Shown one piece after another: positions 18,860 to 28,222 of a DNA stretch of 64,000 bases. Numbering within the stretch: the stretch's first letter is position 1; each line of letters starts with the position of its first letter. The notes under the pieces are model-generated. The model was not told where the DNA came from, did not search any database, and saw only the letters and a program-made list of their open reading frames with translations. A program made the translations under genes and the position numbers. The stretch spans positions 1,736 through 65,735 of the forward strand of contig CAZBLB010000001.1 of the NCBI GenBank assembly GCA_964492765.1, in the 5' to 3' direction. The DNA comes from an uncultured Candidatus Saccharibacteria bacterium. GTDB lineage: Bacteria > Patescibacteriota > Saccharimonadia > Saccharimonadales > Saccharimonadaceae.

Positions 18860-20212
18860 ATGAACATCCTTATTCTTGGTTATGGCCTCGAAGGCAAGTC
18901 TGTCGAAAACTACTTTAAGTCCGGCCCCTCTCTCTACGAACACACCAAAATCGACGTCCTAGACAAATTTGCCCTAGACGACCTCAAAGAAAAAGATTTT
19001 ACCGGCTACGACCTCATTTTTCGCACTCCTTCCGTCCGCCCCGACGCCATCCCCGCCCCCCAAGAAAAAATCACCAGCCTCACCAAATTCTTTTTTGACC
19101 GTTGTCCGGCGCCGATTATTGGCGTCACCGGCACCAAAGGCAAGGGAACTACCTGCACCCTCATTCGCGACTTACTCAGAAGCTTCCTCCCGCTCACTTC
19201 AAAAGTCTTTCTCGTCGGCAACATCGGCACTCCCGCTCTCGACGTCCTCCCCGAACTTACTAAAAACGACGTCGTGGTTTACGAGCTTTCCTCTTTTCAA
19301 CTCTGGGACCTAGAGAAATCCCCCCAGGTTTCTGTCGCGCTCCGCATCGAGCCCGACCACCTCGACGTCCACAAAGATTTTTCCGAATACCTCACCGCTA
19401 AAAAGAACATTACTCTCCACCAAACCCCCGACGATTTTCTCGTTTATTTCCAAAACAACAAAAACACCAAAGCTCTCGCCGACGTCTCTCCCGCCCAAAA
19501 ACTCTCCTATCCGTTAAAAGAAAAATCCCCTCTCGAGACCGAACTTTTAAACTCGCTCGCTATCCCTGGCGACCACAACAAAGAAAACGCCGAGGCTGCC
19601 CTTCTCGCCTGCTTTGTATATGCCAAAAAGCTCAAAATCACCCCTGAAAATACTCGTTTTGAGGACTTTTTAGACGCTAATTTTTCGGAGTTTCGCTCCG
19701 CGCTCAAAAATTTTCAACCCCTCCCCCACCACATCGAATTTGTCCGCGAACTTAACAGTATAAAATACTACGACGACTCCTTTTCGACCGTCTATCCTGC
19801 TCTCGAAGTTGCCATCAAATCCTTCCAAAACACCCCGCTCGTCCTCATCGCTGGCGGTAAGGATAAAGGTTTTCCTCTCGACCCCGTTAAAAGAATTATT
19901 TTTGACAACCCCAACCTCATCAAAGCCGTCCTTATCGGCGAAACCGCCCCTGCTCTCGCCGAAAACGAAGACCCCAAAAAGTTCTTCCACGCCGGCACTG
20001 ATTTTGACCTAGCCGTCCAAAAAGCCCGCGAATTTGCCGAAGACTATCTTTCTCGCGCCGAAGCAAATTCCGACACTTGTCTCGTCGACGCCAAAAAGCC
20101 CATTGTCCCTCCCGTCGTTCTGCTTTCGCCCTGCGCCTCCTCTTTTGATATGTTCGAAAGCTACAAACAGCGTGGCGACCTTTTCAAAGAACTCGTAAAC
20201 TCACTAAACTAA
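18860..20212 (+). CDS. murD: UDP-MurNAc-L-Ala:D-Glu ligase
   Basis: GVTGTKGKGTT, VGNIG, ELSSFQL, DHLDVH, YYDDSFST, LIAGGKDKG, LLSPCASSFDMF. Confidence 0.96.
   Translation: MNILILGYGLEGKSVENYFKSGPSLYEHTKIDVLDKFALDDLKEKDFTGYDLIFRTPSVRPDAIPAPQEKITSLTKFFFDRCPAPIIGVTGTKGKGTTCTLIRDLLRSFLPLTSKVFLVGNIGTPALDVLPELTKNDVVVYELSSFQLWDLEKSPQVSVALRIEPDHLDVHKDFSEYLTAKKNITLHQTPDDFLVYFQNNKNTKALADVSPAQKLSYPLKEKSPLETELLNSLAIPGDHNKENAEAALLACFVYAKKLKITPENTRFEDFLDANFSEFRSALKNFQPLPHHIEFVRELNSIKYYDDSFSTVYPALEVAIKSFQNTPLVLIAGGKDKGFPLDPVKRIIFDNPNLIKAVLIGETAPALAENEDPKKFFHAGTDFDLAVQKAREFAEDYLSRAEANSDTCLVDAKKPIVPPVVLLSPCASSFDMFESYKQRGDLFKELVNSLN
19683..19709 (-). repeat. dispersed motif copy 3 (in murD)
   Basis: Reverse complement TTTTGAGCGCGGA-GCGAAAC-TCCGAAA. 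Confidence 0.9.
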
Positions 20213-20213
20213 C

Positions 20214-21293
20214 ATGGACTCGCTCAAAAAACAACTCGCCGCTCTCCAAAACGACCTCGACCAAAGCTGGGCGCGCCTTTCTCTCGACGAAAAACTTAAA
20301 AAACTTGACTCTCTAGAAAAAGAAATCGCCCTTCCTGAACTCTGGACTAATCCCGACCGCGCCAAAGCCAAAAACGCCGAGTTTTCTCACCTAAACGACG
20401 AGGTCGCCCCGTGGTCTCTCTTAAAGTCTCAAGTCTCCGACCTCTCCGAGCTTATCGACCTCGGCGGGGAAGAGCTCAAGGATGAAATCTCCGCCCAACT
20501 TTCCGCCATGTCCACCTCTCTCGAAAACCTCAAAAAATCCCTCCGTTTCACCGGCGAGTTCGACCAAAACAACGCCATCTTGCGTATTACCGCCGGCGTA
20601 GGCGGCACCGAAGCTATGGATTGGGCGTCCATGCTCGAGCGCATGTATCTCCGCTTTTTCGAGCAAAACGGCTTCCGCGCCACTCTCGTCGAACGCGTCG
20701 AAGGCGAAGAAGCCGGCATTAAAACCGCCGTCTACGAGATAACCGGTACGAACACCTACGGCACTCTAAAATCCGAGCATGGCGTTCACCGTCTCGTTCG
20801 GCTGTCTCCCTTTAACGCCGACAATCTCCGCCAAACTTCCTTCGCTCTCGTCGAAATCCTCCCCGTTTTGACGGACGACTCCGAAATAAAAATCGACGAC
20901 AAAGACCTCCGTATTGACGTCTATCATTCTGGCGGTCATGGCGGCCAATCCGTCAACACCACCAACTCCGCCGTCCGTATCACCCACCTCCCGACCAACA
21001 CCGTCGTCGCCATCCAAAACGAACGTTCCCAACTTCAAAACAAAGAAAAAGCCCTCGAAATCTTACGTGGCAAGCTCGCTCAAATGAAACTCGAACAAAA
21101 AGCCGAATCTATCGACAAACTTCGCGCCGGCGAGTCCGCCAAATGGGGTCAACAAATCCGCAACTACGTCCTGCAACCTTATAAATTAGTCAAAGACACT
21201 AGGACCAAGTTTGAAAGCGCTGAAGTAGAGAAGGTATTAAACGGCGACATTTCAGACTTCATAGACGCATACTTAGAATCAAGAACAGCTTAG
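20214..21293 (+). CDS. prfB: peptide chain release factor 2, no programmed frameshift
   Basis: GVHRLVRLSPF (SPF), GGHGGQ, ERSQLQNK, IRNYVLQPY. Confidence 0.97.
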   Translation: MDSLKKQLAALQNDLDQSWARLSLDEKLKKLDSLEKEIALPELWTNPDRAKAKNAEFSHLNDEVAPWSLLKSQVSDLSELIDLGGEELKDEISAQLSAMSTSLENLKKSLRFTGEFDQNNAILRITAGVGGTEAMDWASMLERMYLRFFEQNGFRATLVERVEGEEAGIKTAVYEITGTNTYGTLKSEHGVHRLVRLSPFNADNLRQTSFALVEILPVLTDDSEIKIDDKDLRIDVYHSGGHGGQSVNTTNSAVRITHLPTNTVVAIQNERSQLQNKEKALEILRGKLAQMKLEQKAESIDKLRAGESAKWGQQIRNYVLQPYKLVKDTRTKFESAEVEKVLNGDISDFIDAYLESRTA

Positions 21294-21458
21294 ATTGGCT
21301 TAGACTAACTTTGCTTATATAAAAATTTTTACAATGAATTATTTTTGGTTTAGTCGTTTCGAGCACGCGTCCCATCCGCGCCGCAGAAACAGATTAAACC
21401 AAAAATAATTCTTGACTAAAAATTCCATAAGCGAAGCTAGTCTAAACCAATCTAAGCT
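21287..21458. repeat. 172-nt rod-like imperfect palindrome (element B)
   Basis: 21287-21318 pairs with 21427-21458 (3 differences in 32); GAATTATTTTTGGTTTA/TAAACCAAAAATAATTC is perfect; core shared with element A. Confidence 0.9.
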
Positions 21459-21507
21459 AATCTAAGCTAATGTTGCATATTGGTTGAGTTTATACTATTA
21501 TAGAAAC

Positions 21508-22275
21508 ATGATATTGCTCGACCGCGTCACGAAAATTTATCCGGGCGACAAACGCCCTGCCCTTGACGACGTGTCGCTTCATATCGCTCCGAACGAATTT
21601 GTCTTTCTTGTTGGAAAATCCGGCGCCGGAAAGTCCACCCTCATGAAAATGATTACCAAAGAAGAAACCCCCGACTTCGGTAAAATCATCATCGGCGGCA
21701 TCGACCTCGACTACGTCAAATATCGCCACATTCCTCATTATCGCCGTCGTCTCGGCGTCGTCTTTCAAGATTTTAAACTTCTCCCTCGTCGCACCGTCTA
21801 CGAAAACGTCGCTTTCGCCCTCGAAATCGCCGGCATGTCTGGTCGCGACATCCGCCACACCGTTCCAAAAGTCCTCGACCTCGTCGGTCTCACCGACCAA
21901 GCCGACAAATTCCCCTCTCAGCTCTCCGGTGGTCAACAACAGCGCGTTTCTATCGCTCGCTCCGTCGCCCGCCAGCCTAAAATCCTCATCGCCGATGAGC
22001 CGACCGGAAACCTAGATAAACTCACCCGCACCGAAATCATCTCTCTCCTTCAAAAAATCAACGACTTCGGCACCACCGTCCTCGTCACAACGCACGACGA
22101 GACCATAGTCAATAACCTCGGCAAGCGCGTCGTCACCTTAAAAAACGGTCGCATAGTCGCCGACCAAAAAACCAACGGCGTCTATCGTCTCGACGGCGAA
22201 CCCGAAGTCTTAATAGATAATTCCCCCAAAGCCCCCGGGCACAAAAACCAACCCAGAGGAAGAAAAGCACGATGA
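21508..22275 (+). CDS. ftsE: cell division ATP-binding protein FtsE
   Basis: GKSGAGKST, VVFQDFKLL, LSGGQQQRV, ADEPTGNLD; ATG 21508 preferred over the upstream TTG. Confidence 0.96.
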   Translation: MILLDRVTKIYPGDKRPALDDVSLHIAPNEFVFLVGKSGAGKSTLMKMITKEETPDFGKIIIGGIDLDYVKYRHIPHYRRRLGVVFQDFKLLPRRTVYENVAFALEIAGMSGRDIRHTVPKVLDLVGLTDQADKFPSQLSGGQQQRVSIARSVARQPKILIADEPTGNLDKLTRTEIISLLQKINDFGTTVLVTTHDETIVNNLGKRVVTLKNGRIVADQKTNGVYRLDGEPEVLIDNSPKAPGHKNQPRGRKAR

Positions 22276-23300
22276 GTACAAAAACCGAAAAAGCCCTCAC
22301 CAAAAAAAATCTCCGCACCCTTACCAAAAACGGCCACACTAAACATCTACGCAACGCTTCTCGCGTCATAAAATACGGCACCATTAACTTCGGTCGCAAC
22401 ATCTGGCTCTCCACCGCCGCCACCATGATTATGACTTTAACCCTCATCGTCCTCTCTATTACTCTCGTCGCCACCATCGTCCTCTCCGAGACCGCCGATG
22501 CCATGCGCGACCGCATCGACATCACTCTCTTCTTCAAGCCCGAAACTAGCGAAGAAACCCTCGCCCTCTTAAAGTCCAAAATCCTCGAAGACGGAAACGT
22601 CAAGTCCGCCGAAACCCGCACTTCCGAAGAAGAATACCAAAACTTCCTCCAAGAAAACGCCGACAACACTCTCCTCATCGAAACCCTCGAAGACCCCGAT
22701 ATGGACATGCGTTCCACCATGATTTCCACCATGCAGTCCACCATGCGTCTCAAAGTCCACAACGTCGACGACCTGACTTCCATCAAAGAGCTCGTCGCCT
22801 CCGACATCGATTTTGTTAAAAATCTCGACGAAAACGAAGAACCGACCTACGACGTCAACCAAGCCGAAATCGCCACCATCACTCGTTGGGCCAACATCGC
22901 CAAAACTGGCGGGCTTATTCTCTCTATCGTCTTCTTGGTTATCTCCATCCTTGTCATTTTCAACACTATTCGCATGGCTATCTTCTCGAGGAGGGAAGAG
23001 ATTTATATGATGAAGTTGGTCGGCGCCGACAAAAACTTTATTCGTGGTCCGTTCCTCGTCGAAGCCCAGTTGTCAGGGATTTTGTCCGGTTTGTTAGCGT
23101 CAGGGTTAAGCTATCTTGGCTTTAGATTTTTAGAGCCGAGACTGGCTAATTATGGAATAAATATCACTACCGTATCTAATATATTAGATTCCAATAAAAT
23201 CGTTTATGTTATTTTAGCCATGATATTATCCGGAATGGTAATTGGCAGTTTGTCCGCAAGGTTAGCCATTCATAAATATATTCGTGACGCTACCAAATAA
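22272..23300 (+). CDS. ftsX: cell division permease FtsX
   Basis: RNIWLSTAA, IFNTIRMAIFSRREEIYMMKLVGADKNFIRGPFLVEA. Confidence 0.96.
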   Translation: MSTKTEKALTKKNLRTLTKNGHTKHLRNASRVIKYGTINFGRNIWLSTAATMIMTLTLIVLSITLVATIVLSETADAMRDRIDITLFFKPETSEETLALLKSKILEDGNVKSAETRTSEEEYQNFLQENADNTLLIETLEDPDMDMRSTMISTMQSTMRLKVHNVDDLTSIKELVASDIDFVKNLDENEEPTYDVNQAEIATITRWANIAKTGGLILSIVFLVISILVIFNTIRMAIFSRREEIYMMKLVGADKNFIRGPFLVEAQLSGILSGLLASGLSYLGFRFLEPRLANYGINITTVSNILDSNKIVYVILAMILSGMVIGSLSARLAIHKYIRDATK

Positions 23301-23319
23301 AACGTGCTATAATATATTC

Positions 23320-24432
23320 ATGGTAATGCTTAAACGACTTAAAATCTTTCTTGTCGCTGTCGTAGTTTTTGCGATGTCGAGCATTATTATCGCCGAGAGG
23401 GTTCGTGCGACCGATTATTGTGTCACCGCCGAATGTCGCGCCGCCGCCGAAAAAGAGGCCGAAGCCCGCGAACGCGCTCGAGACGCCGCCGCTGCCGCCG
23501 AAAGCCTAGAACAAGTCGTCCAAAGCCTCGAGCTAGAAATCTTTGCTCTCCAAGCTAAAATCGCTTCTAACGAAGCCGTCGCCGCCGACCTCGCCGAAAA
23601 AATCCGTCTCAACGAAGAAAAACTTAATGTCCAAAAAGCCGCGCTCGCCTCTCTGCTTGTCGACAACTATTTCGAGTCCAATCCCGACACCATCATGATT
23701 CTCGCCGGCAGTTCCTCTCTTTCCGATTTAACCGAAAGACAGTCTCGCGCCGAAACCGTCAAACAACAAATAAACCTCTCCGCCAAAAACATCAAGGCCG
23801 TCAAAAACGAGCTCGAAGAGCAAAAGGCCGAGGTCGACCGCATTTTAGTAGACCAAAACAACCAAAAAGCCGTTATCGCCGAAAAACGCGCCGAGCAACA
23901 GAGGCTACTCGAGAAATATTCTAGAAATGCCGAAGCGTATAGCGCCGAAGCCGAAGAAGCCAGAAAAATCAAAGAGCAAGAAATCGCCGAAGAAATCGCT
24001 CGACTGAACAGTTCCGGTGTCGCCGCTTTCGGCGTTAATACCTATCCGTACCAAAACGACTGTCCGCAAAAAAATCTTTGGTATTCGACACAGTGGGGGT
24101 ATGTTTGCCAGTGTACGAGTTATGCCGGATATAAGGCTTATGAACACTGGGGTGTTTATATTGCCTACTGGGGCAACGCTTATAGCTGGGACGAGAGTGC
24201 CGTTGCTAGAGGTTATAGAGTAGATAGAAATCCTGCACCATATACCGTCGCCGTCAGTAACTCTGGCGCGTGGGGACATGTTATGTGGGTAGAGTCCGTC
24301 AACGCAAACGGCACCATAAATATTTCCGAATATAACAATAGCTATAGTTCAGCGAGTCATAAGGCCGGCGATTACGGCTATCGCTCTGGCGTCAGTACAG
24401 CGGGGCTGGTATTTATTCATTTTGATAGATAG
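23320..24432 (+). CDS. coiled-coil + CHAP peptidoglycan hydrolase (PcsB/CwlO-like)
   Basis: Signal peptide, long coiled coil, QCTSYA (Cys), WGNAYSW, GHVMWVE (His), ISEYN. Confidence 0.92.
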   Translation: MVMLKRLKIFLVAVVVFAMSSIIIAERVRATDYCVTAECRAAAEKEAEARERARDAAAAAESLEQVVQSLELEIFALQAKIASNEAVAADLAEKIRLNEEKLNVQKAALASLLVDNYFESNPDTIMILAGSSSLSDLTERQSRAETVKQQINLSAKNIKAVKNELEEQKAEVDRILVDQNNQKAVIAEKRAEQQRLLEKYSRNAEAYSAEAEEARKIKEQEIAEEIARLNSSGVAAFGVNTYPYQNDCPQKNLWYSTQWGYVCQCTSYAGYKAYEHWGVYIAYWGNAYSWDESAVARGYRVDRNPAPYTVAVSNSGAWGHVMWVESVNANGTINISEYNNSYSSASHKAGDYGYRSGVSTAGLVFIHFDR

Positions 24433-24503
24433 CTATAGTTAGAAAAAGTCAATAGAATCGTAGGGAATTTTGTTTCCACTGGCGCCCGTGCTATAATATA
24501 AGA

Positions 24504-25688
24504 ATGAAAAAATTGGAGTGGAAAGAAAAAACCGTCAGACTTTCTAGCGCTATTATTGGCGGATTTGTCGCGTTGGTTGCCGGCGTGTTTTTAGGGTCAA
24601 AATGGTCGACTTATTCACCATATCTCGGAGGAAAGAGCGGCGGAGAGTCCATATCGTGGAGTGGATTGAACGAAGTTTATTCTGCCTTAATCAAAAATTA
24701 CGATGGCGAAGTCGATAGGCAGTCCGTTTTAGACGGTGCAAAGAAAGGTATCGCTGATTCCGTCGGCGACGTCTACACCGTCTATATGACCAAAGAAGAA
24801 AGCGAAGAATTCTCGAAATCGCTTCATGGCGACGTCGGCGCTGGCGTCGGTATTGAGATGGGGCTTCGTGATGGTTATGTTCGCGTCATTCGCACCCTCC
24901 CCGACAACCCCGCCCGCAGTGCAGGCGTCCTCGCCGGCGACATCATCTATAAAGTTGACGACAAAGAAGTTTATGACTGGTCGGCCGAAGACATCGCTGG
25001 TGTCCTCCGCGGCTCCGAAGGTTCTTCCGTCAAACTTACCGTCGTCCGAAACGGCGAAGAAAAATCTTTTGACCTCATCCGCGAAACCATCAACAACGTC
25101 TCCGCCTATTACGACTTCAAAGACAACAACACCGCCGTCATTACGATTACTCGCTTCGACAACGACACCGGCACGCTTGTCCAAAGTTTTGCAAATGACA
25201 TCCTAAACCACGGCACTCAAAAAATCATCCTCGACCTCCGCGGCAACGGCGGTGGCTACGTCAACGCCGCTCGCGACCTCCTCTCGCTCTGGCTCGACAA
25301 CGAAAAAATCCTCATCCAAAAATCTCGCCTCACCCCCGTTGATGACATCACCTATTCCTTGCGCGGAAAAGCCCTTTTTGCTAACACTAAAACCGTTATT
25401 CTCGTCAACGGCAACACTGCCTCCGCTTCAGAAATCGTCACTGGCGCGCTCAAAGATTACCAAAAAGCCACCGTCATCGGCGAAACCACCTTCGGCAAAG
25501 GCGTCGTCCAAACCTTGCTCGACCTTTCCGGCGGTACTTCTCTTAAAGTCACTACCGCCCACTGGTACACTCCGCTCGAAAACACCATCGACGGCGACGG
25601 CATCGAGCCGGACATCGAAGTCGTCAACACTTACGACGACACTAACCATTCTCGCGACCCCCAAATGGATGCCGCTCTTGCATATTAA
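24504..25688 (+). CDS. S41 C-terminal processing protease (CtpA/CtpB-like) with PDZ domain
   Basis: GVGIEM, ILDLRGNGGG, TASASE (Ser), TTFGKG (Lys), IEPDI. Confidence 0.95.
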   Translation: MKKLEWKEKTVRLSSAIIGGFVALVAGVFLGSKWSTYSPYLGGKSGGESISWSGLNEVYSALIKNYDGEVDRQSVLDGAKKGIADSVGDVYTVYMTKEESEEFSKSLHGDVGAGVGIEMGLRDGYVRVIRTLPDNPARSAGVLAGDIIYKVDDKEVYDWSAEDIAGVLRGSEGSSVKLTVVRNGEEKSFDLIRETINNVSAYYDFKDNNTAVITITRFDNDTGTLVQSFANDILNHGTQKIILDLRGNGGGYVNAARDLLSLWLDNEKILIQKSRLTPVDDITYSLRGKALFANTKTVILVNGNTASASEIVTGALKDYQKATVIGETTFGKGVVQTLLDLSGGTSLKVTTAHWYTPLENTIDGDGIEPDIEVVNTYDDTNHSRDPQMDAALAY

Positions 25689-25714
25689 CCACCTCTAGAA
25701 TATAATTATCTTTA

Positions 25715-26788
25715 GTGAGTAAACTATCTCGCTCAAAACATTCCCTTATTTTCTTCGGGTTCTTTCTGCTCGGACTTGTTTTTGCACTTTGTCTAAAATA
25801 TACTCCCGAGACCTTTGCCGAAGACGAAGACGACGCGCTTATCTCTGACGTTCTAGAAGACAAGTTCATCACTGTTTACGACAACAACAAAAAACTCACC
25901 GTCCGCACCTCCGCCGTCACCGTCCAAGACGTCCTCGAACGCCTTAATATCTCTCTCGACTCCACCGACTCCGTTTCTCCCGAACTTTCTGCCGAAATCG
26001 ACGCCGACCACTTCTTTATCAACATCTACCGCTCGCGCCCCGTCATCGTTTCCGACGGGCATATCTCTCGTCTCGTCAACACTTCCGCCGTCGACGCCCG
26101 CTCCGTCGCTCGCTCCGCCGGCTTTGTCGTTTACGATTCTGACATTGTTTCTCTAGAAAAGTCCACCAACTTCCTCGAGTCCGGCGTTTCTTCTGTCTAT
26201 AAAATCACTCGCGGAGAAGGTTCTCTCGTCACCGTCGAAGAAGACCTGCCTTTCCCGACCAATACTATTCGAGATTATAATCTAAAAGTCGGCACCGAAG
26301 AAATCCGCCAGCTTGGCGAACTCGGCAAAGTCCAATATGTCTATGAAGTTAAGTCTATTGATGGCGAAGACGCTGAAAAAACCTTAGTATCTAAGACGGT
26401 TCTCAAAGAGCCTGTGGAGAAAATCGTCGCCGTTGGCACCGCCATCACCAACGCCAAACCTCTCACCGCCGCCATGGGGCGCAACCGCTATACCGCCAAA
26501 AACCTCGCCGGCGAATATGTCGAAAGACAAGAAACGTTCTATGACCTCCCGATGAACGGCGTAATGAGTTTTTGCGGGAAAAGTGGTTACACCGTACGCA
26601 GCGACGGCGTAAAAGTCGACGACGAAGGCTATATTCTCATCGCCGCCGACCTGTCGAGATACCCTCGCTGCACCGTCGTCGAAACTTCTCTCGGTCTTGG
26701 CAAAGTCTATGACACCGGCTCCTTCGCCCTCACTAACCCCGAACAATTCGACATCGCTACCGACTGGACTAACCGAGACGGAAGATAA
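25715..26788 (+). CDS. DUF348/G5-domain protein with 3D-like C-terminal domain (YabE/RpfB-like)
   Basis: TM anchor, TVQDVLERLNI, G5 segment GELG...EPVEKIVAVGT, C-terminal VYDTG...FDIA; upstream of rsmA; GTG start. Confidence 0.8.
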   Translation: MSKLSRSKHSLIFFGFFLLGLVFALCLKYTPETFAEDEDDALISDVLEDKFITVYDNNKKLTVRTSAVTVQDVLERLNISLDSTDSVSPELSAEIDADHFFINIYRSRPVIVSDGHISRLVNTSAVDARSVARSAGFVVYDSDIVSLEKSTNFLESGVSSVYKITRGEGSLVTVEEDLPFPTNTIRDYNLKVGTEEIRQLGELGKVQYVYEVKSIDGEDAEKTLVSKTVLKEPVEKIVAVGTAITNAKPLTAAMGRNRYTAKNLAGEYVERQETFYDLPMNGVMSFCGKSGYTVRSDGVKVDDEGYILIAADLSRYPRCTVVETSLGLGKVYDTGSFALTNPEQFDIATDWTNRDGR

Positions 26789-26790
26789 TC

Positions 26791-27555
26791 ATGAGAAACA
26801 TCAAATCTCTTGGTCAAAACTGGCTCAAAAATCGCGTCATTCTCGACGATATTGCCGAGTTGGCAAGCTCTGAGAAGGGAACTAAGCTCTGCGTAGAAAT
26901 CGGGCCAGGGCTAGGAACGCTGACATCCAGCCTGCTTAAAAGATTCGATAAGGTGATAGCCATAGAGTTCGACCAAACCTTAGCCAAAAATCTTCCAGCC
27001 TCTTTTCCTGGCAAAAATCTCGAAGTCATAAACGAAGATATTTTAGCTTTCGATTTTGCTCAAATTAACGAGCCGTTCGTTGTTGCCGGAAATATCCCCT
27101 ACTACATCACCACCCCCATCATCAAAAAACTTTTATCCTTAGACTTTAAGCCCGAAAGAATCGTCCTCCTTGTCCAAAAAGAAGTCGCCGAGAAAATCTG
27201 CGACCAAACCCATTCCTCGTCGCTTTCTCTCTTCGTCCAAAATCTAGCCACCCCCTCCCTCGGTCCCGTCGTTAAACGTGAATTTTTCACCCCTCCTCCC
27301 AAAGTCGATTCTCGTGTTCTTGTTTTAACTCCTCTAAAATCCCCGCGTTTCTCTAGCGAACTTCTCAGCTTTATAGAAAAATGTTTTATTTCTCCGCGCA
27401 AAAAACTCACCTTTGCTCTCAAATCACTTTCCTCTAAAAACAAAGAAGAACTCGAACTCGCCTTAACAAAAATCAGTCTTTCCGCCTCGGCTAGACCCGC
27501 CGACCTCACGCTCGAAGATTACGCTATGCTTGCTAATATCCTCAAAAAAAGCTAA
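26791..27555 (+). CDS. rsmA: 16S rRNA m6,2A dimethyltransferase
   Basis: KSLGQNWL, VEIGPGLGTLT, GNIPYYITTPI, PPPKVDS. Confidence 0.97.
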   Translation: MRNIKSLGQNWLKNRVILDDIAELASSEKGTKLCVEIGPGLGTLTSSLLKRFDKVIAIEFDQTLAKNLPASFPGKNLEVINEDILAFDFAQINEPFVVAGNIPYYITTPIIKKLLSLDFKPERIVLLVQKEVAEKICDQTHSSSLSLFVQNLATPSLGPVVKREFFTPPPKVDSRVLVLTPLKSPRFSSELLSFIEKCFISPRKKLTFALKSLSSKNKEELELALTKISLSASARPADLTLEDYAMLANILKKS

Positions 27556-27590
27556 AATAATACTAAGTTTCATACAAAGGAAGAGAGAAA

Positions 27591-28217
27591 ATGGATCAAA
27601 CTCAGCTAAACCCTCAAAATCTAGCCACGCCCGACGGCGCCGCTCCACTTAACCCTGCCGCGGCCGCCGCGCCTTCTCTCGCTCCCGCACCCAATCCAGC
27701 CATCTCCGAAACCCCCTCGATGCCCCCGGTTTCCCCTGCGCCAGAAACTTCCTCTCTGCCCCCAAACCCCACTCTCGACCCAGCTCTCGTCGCCCAAGCT
27801 ATCACCGACGTCCCCCAAGAAGCGACAGCTTCTGTCCCCACTCCTTCCGCCGTCCCTCTTAACAGCTTAGATTCCACCCCTTCTCCCGCCCTTAATAACC
27901 CCTCGGAGCCTTCGCCTTTTGCCTCTGCGGCTCCTTCTGCCGATTTTTCGGTTGCCCCTTCCGTCGACCCTACGGCCGTTCCTAACGCCGAAGCTCCCGC
28001 CGCTCCGCCTTCCGTCGCTTTTAACGACCCGGCCACTTCCGCTCCGACCAACTCTTCTGCCCCCGCAGAAAAACCTTCTCTTGCCAAGATGGATCTTAAA
28101 GACATTCGTCTCTCCGACCTCCTCCAAGGCAAAAAGCTCAATCCCATCATCCTCATCGTCGCCGGAAGCGCCATCATCATCATCGGTCTCATTCTTCTCA
28201 TTGCCTTCGCTATTTAA
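27591..28217 (+). CDS. Pro/Ala/Ser-rich protein with C-terminal TM helix
   Basis: Low-complexity PAPS-rich region ending in PIILIVAGSAIIIIGLILLIAFAI; GGAAGAG RBS. Confidence 0.8.
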   Translation: MDQTQLNPQNLATPDGAAPLNPAAAAAPSLAPAPNPAISETPSMPPVSPAPETSSLPPNPTLDPALVAQAITDVPQEATASVPTPSAVPLNSLDSTPSPALNNPSEPSPFASAAPSADFSVAPSVDPTAVPNAEAPAAPPSVAFNDPATSAPTNSSAPAEKPSLAKMDLKDIRLSDLLQGKKLNPIILIVAGSAIIIIGLILLIAFAI

Positions 28218-28222
28218 CCCAA

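Noticed and set aside
20214-20330. Programmed +1 frameshift in prfB
   Set aside because: The ORF is continuous with no CTT-TGA site; frameshift-free prfB is known in many lineages
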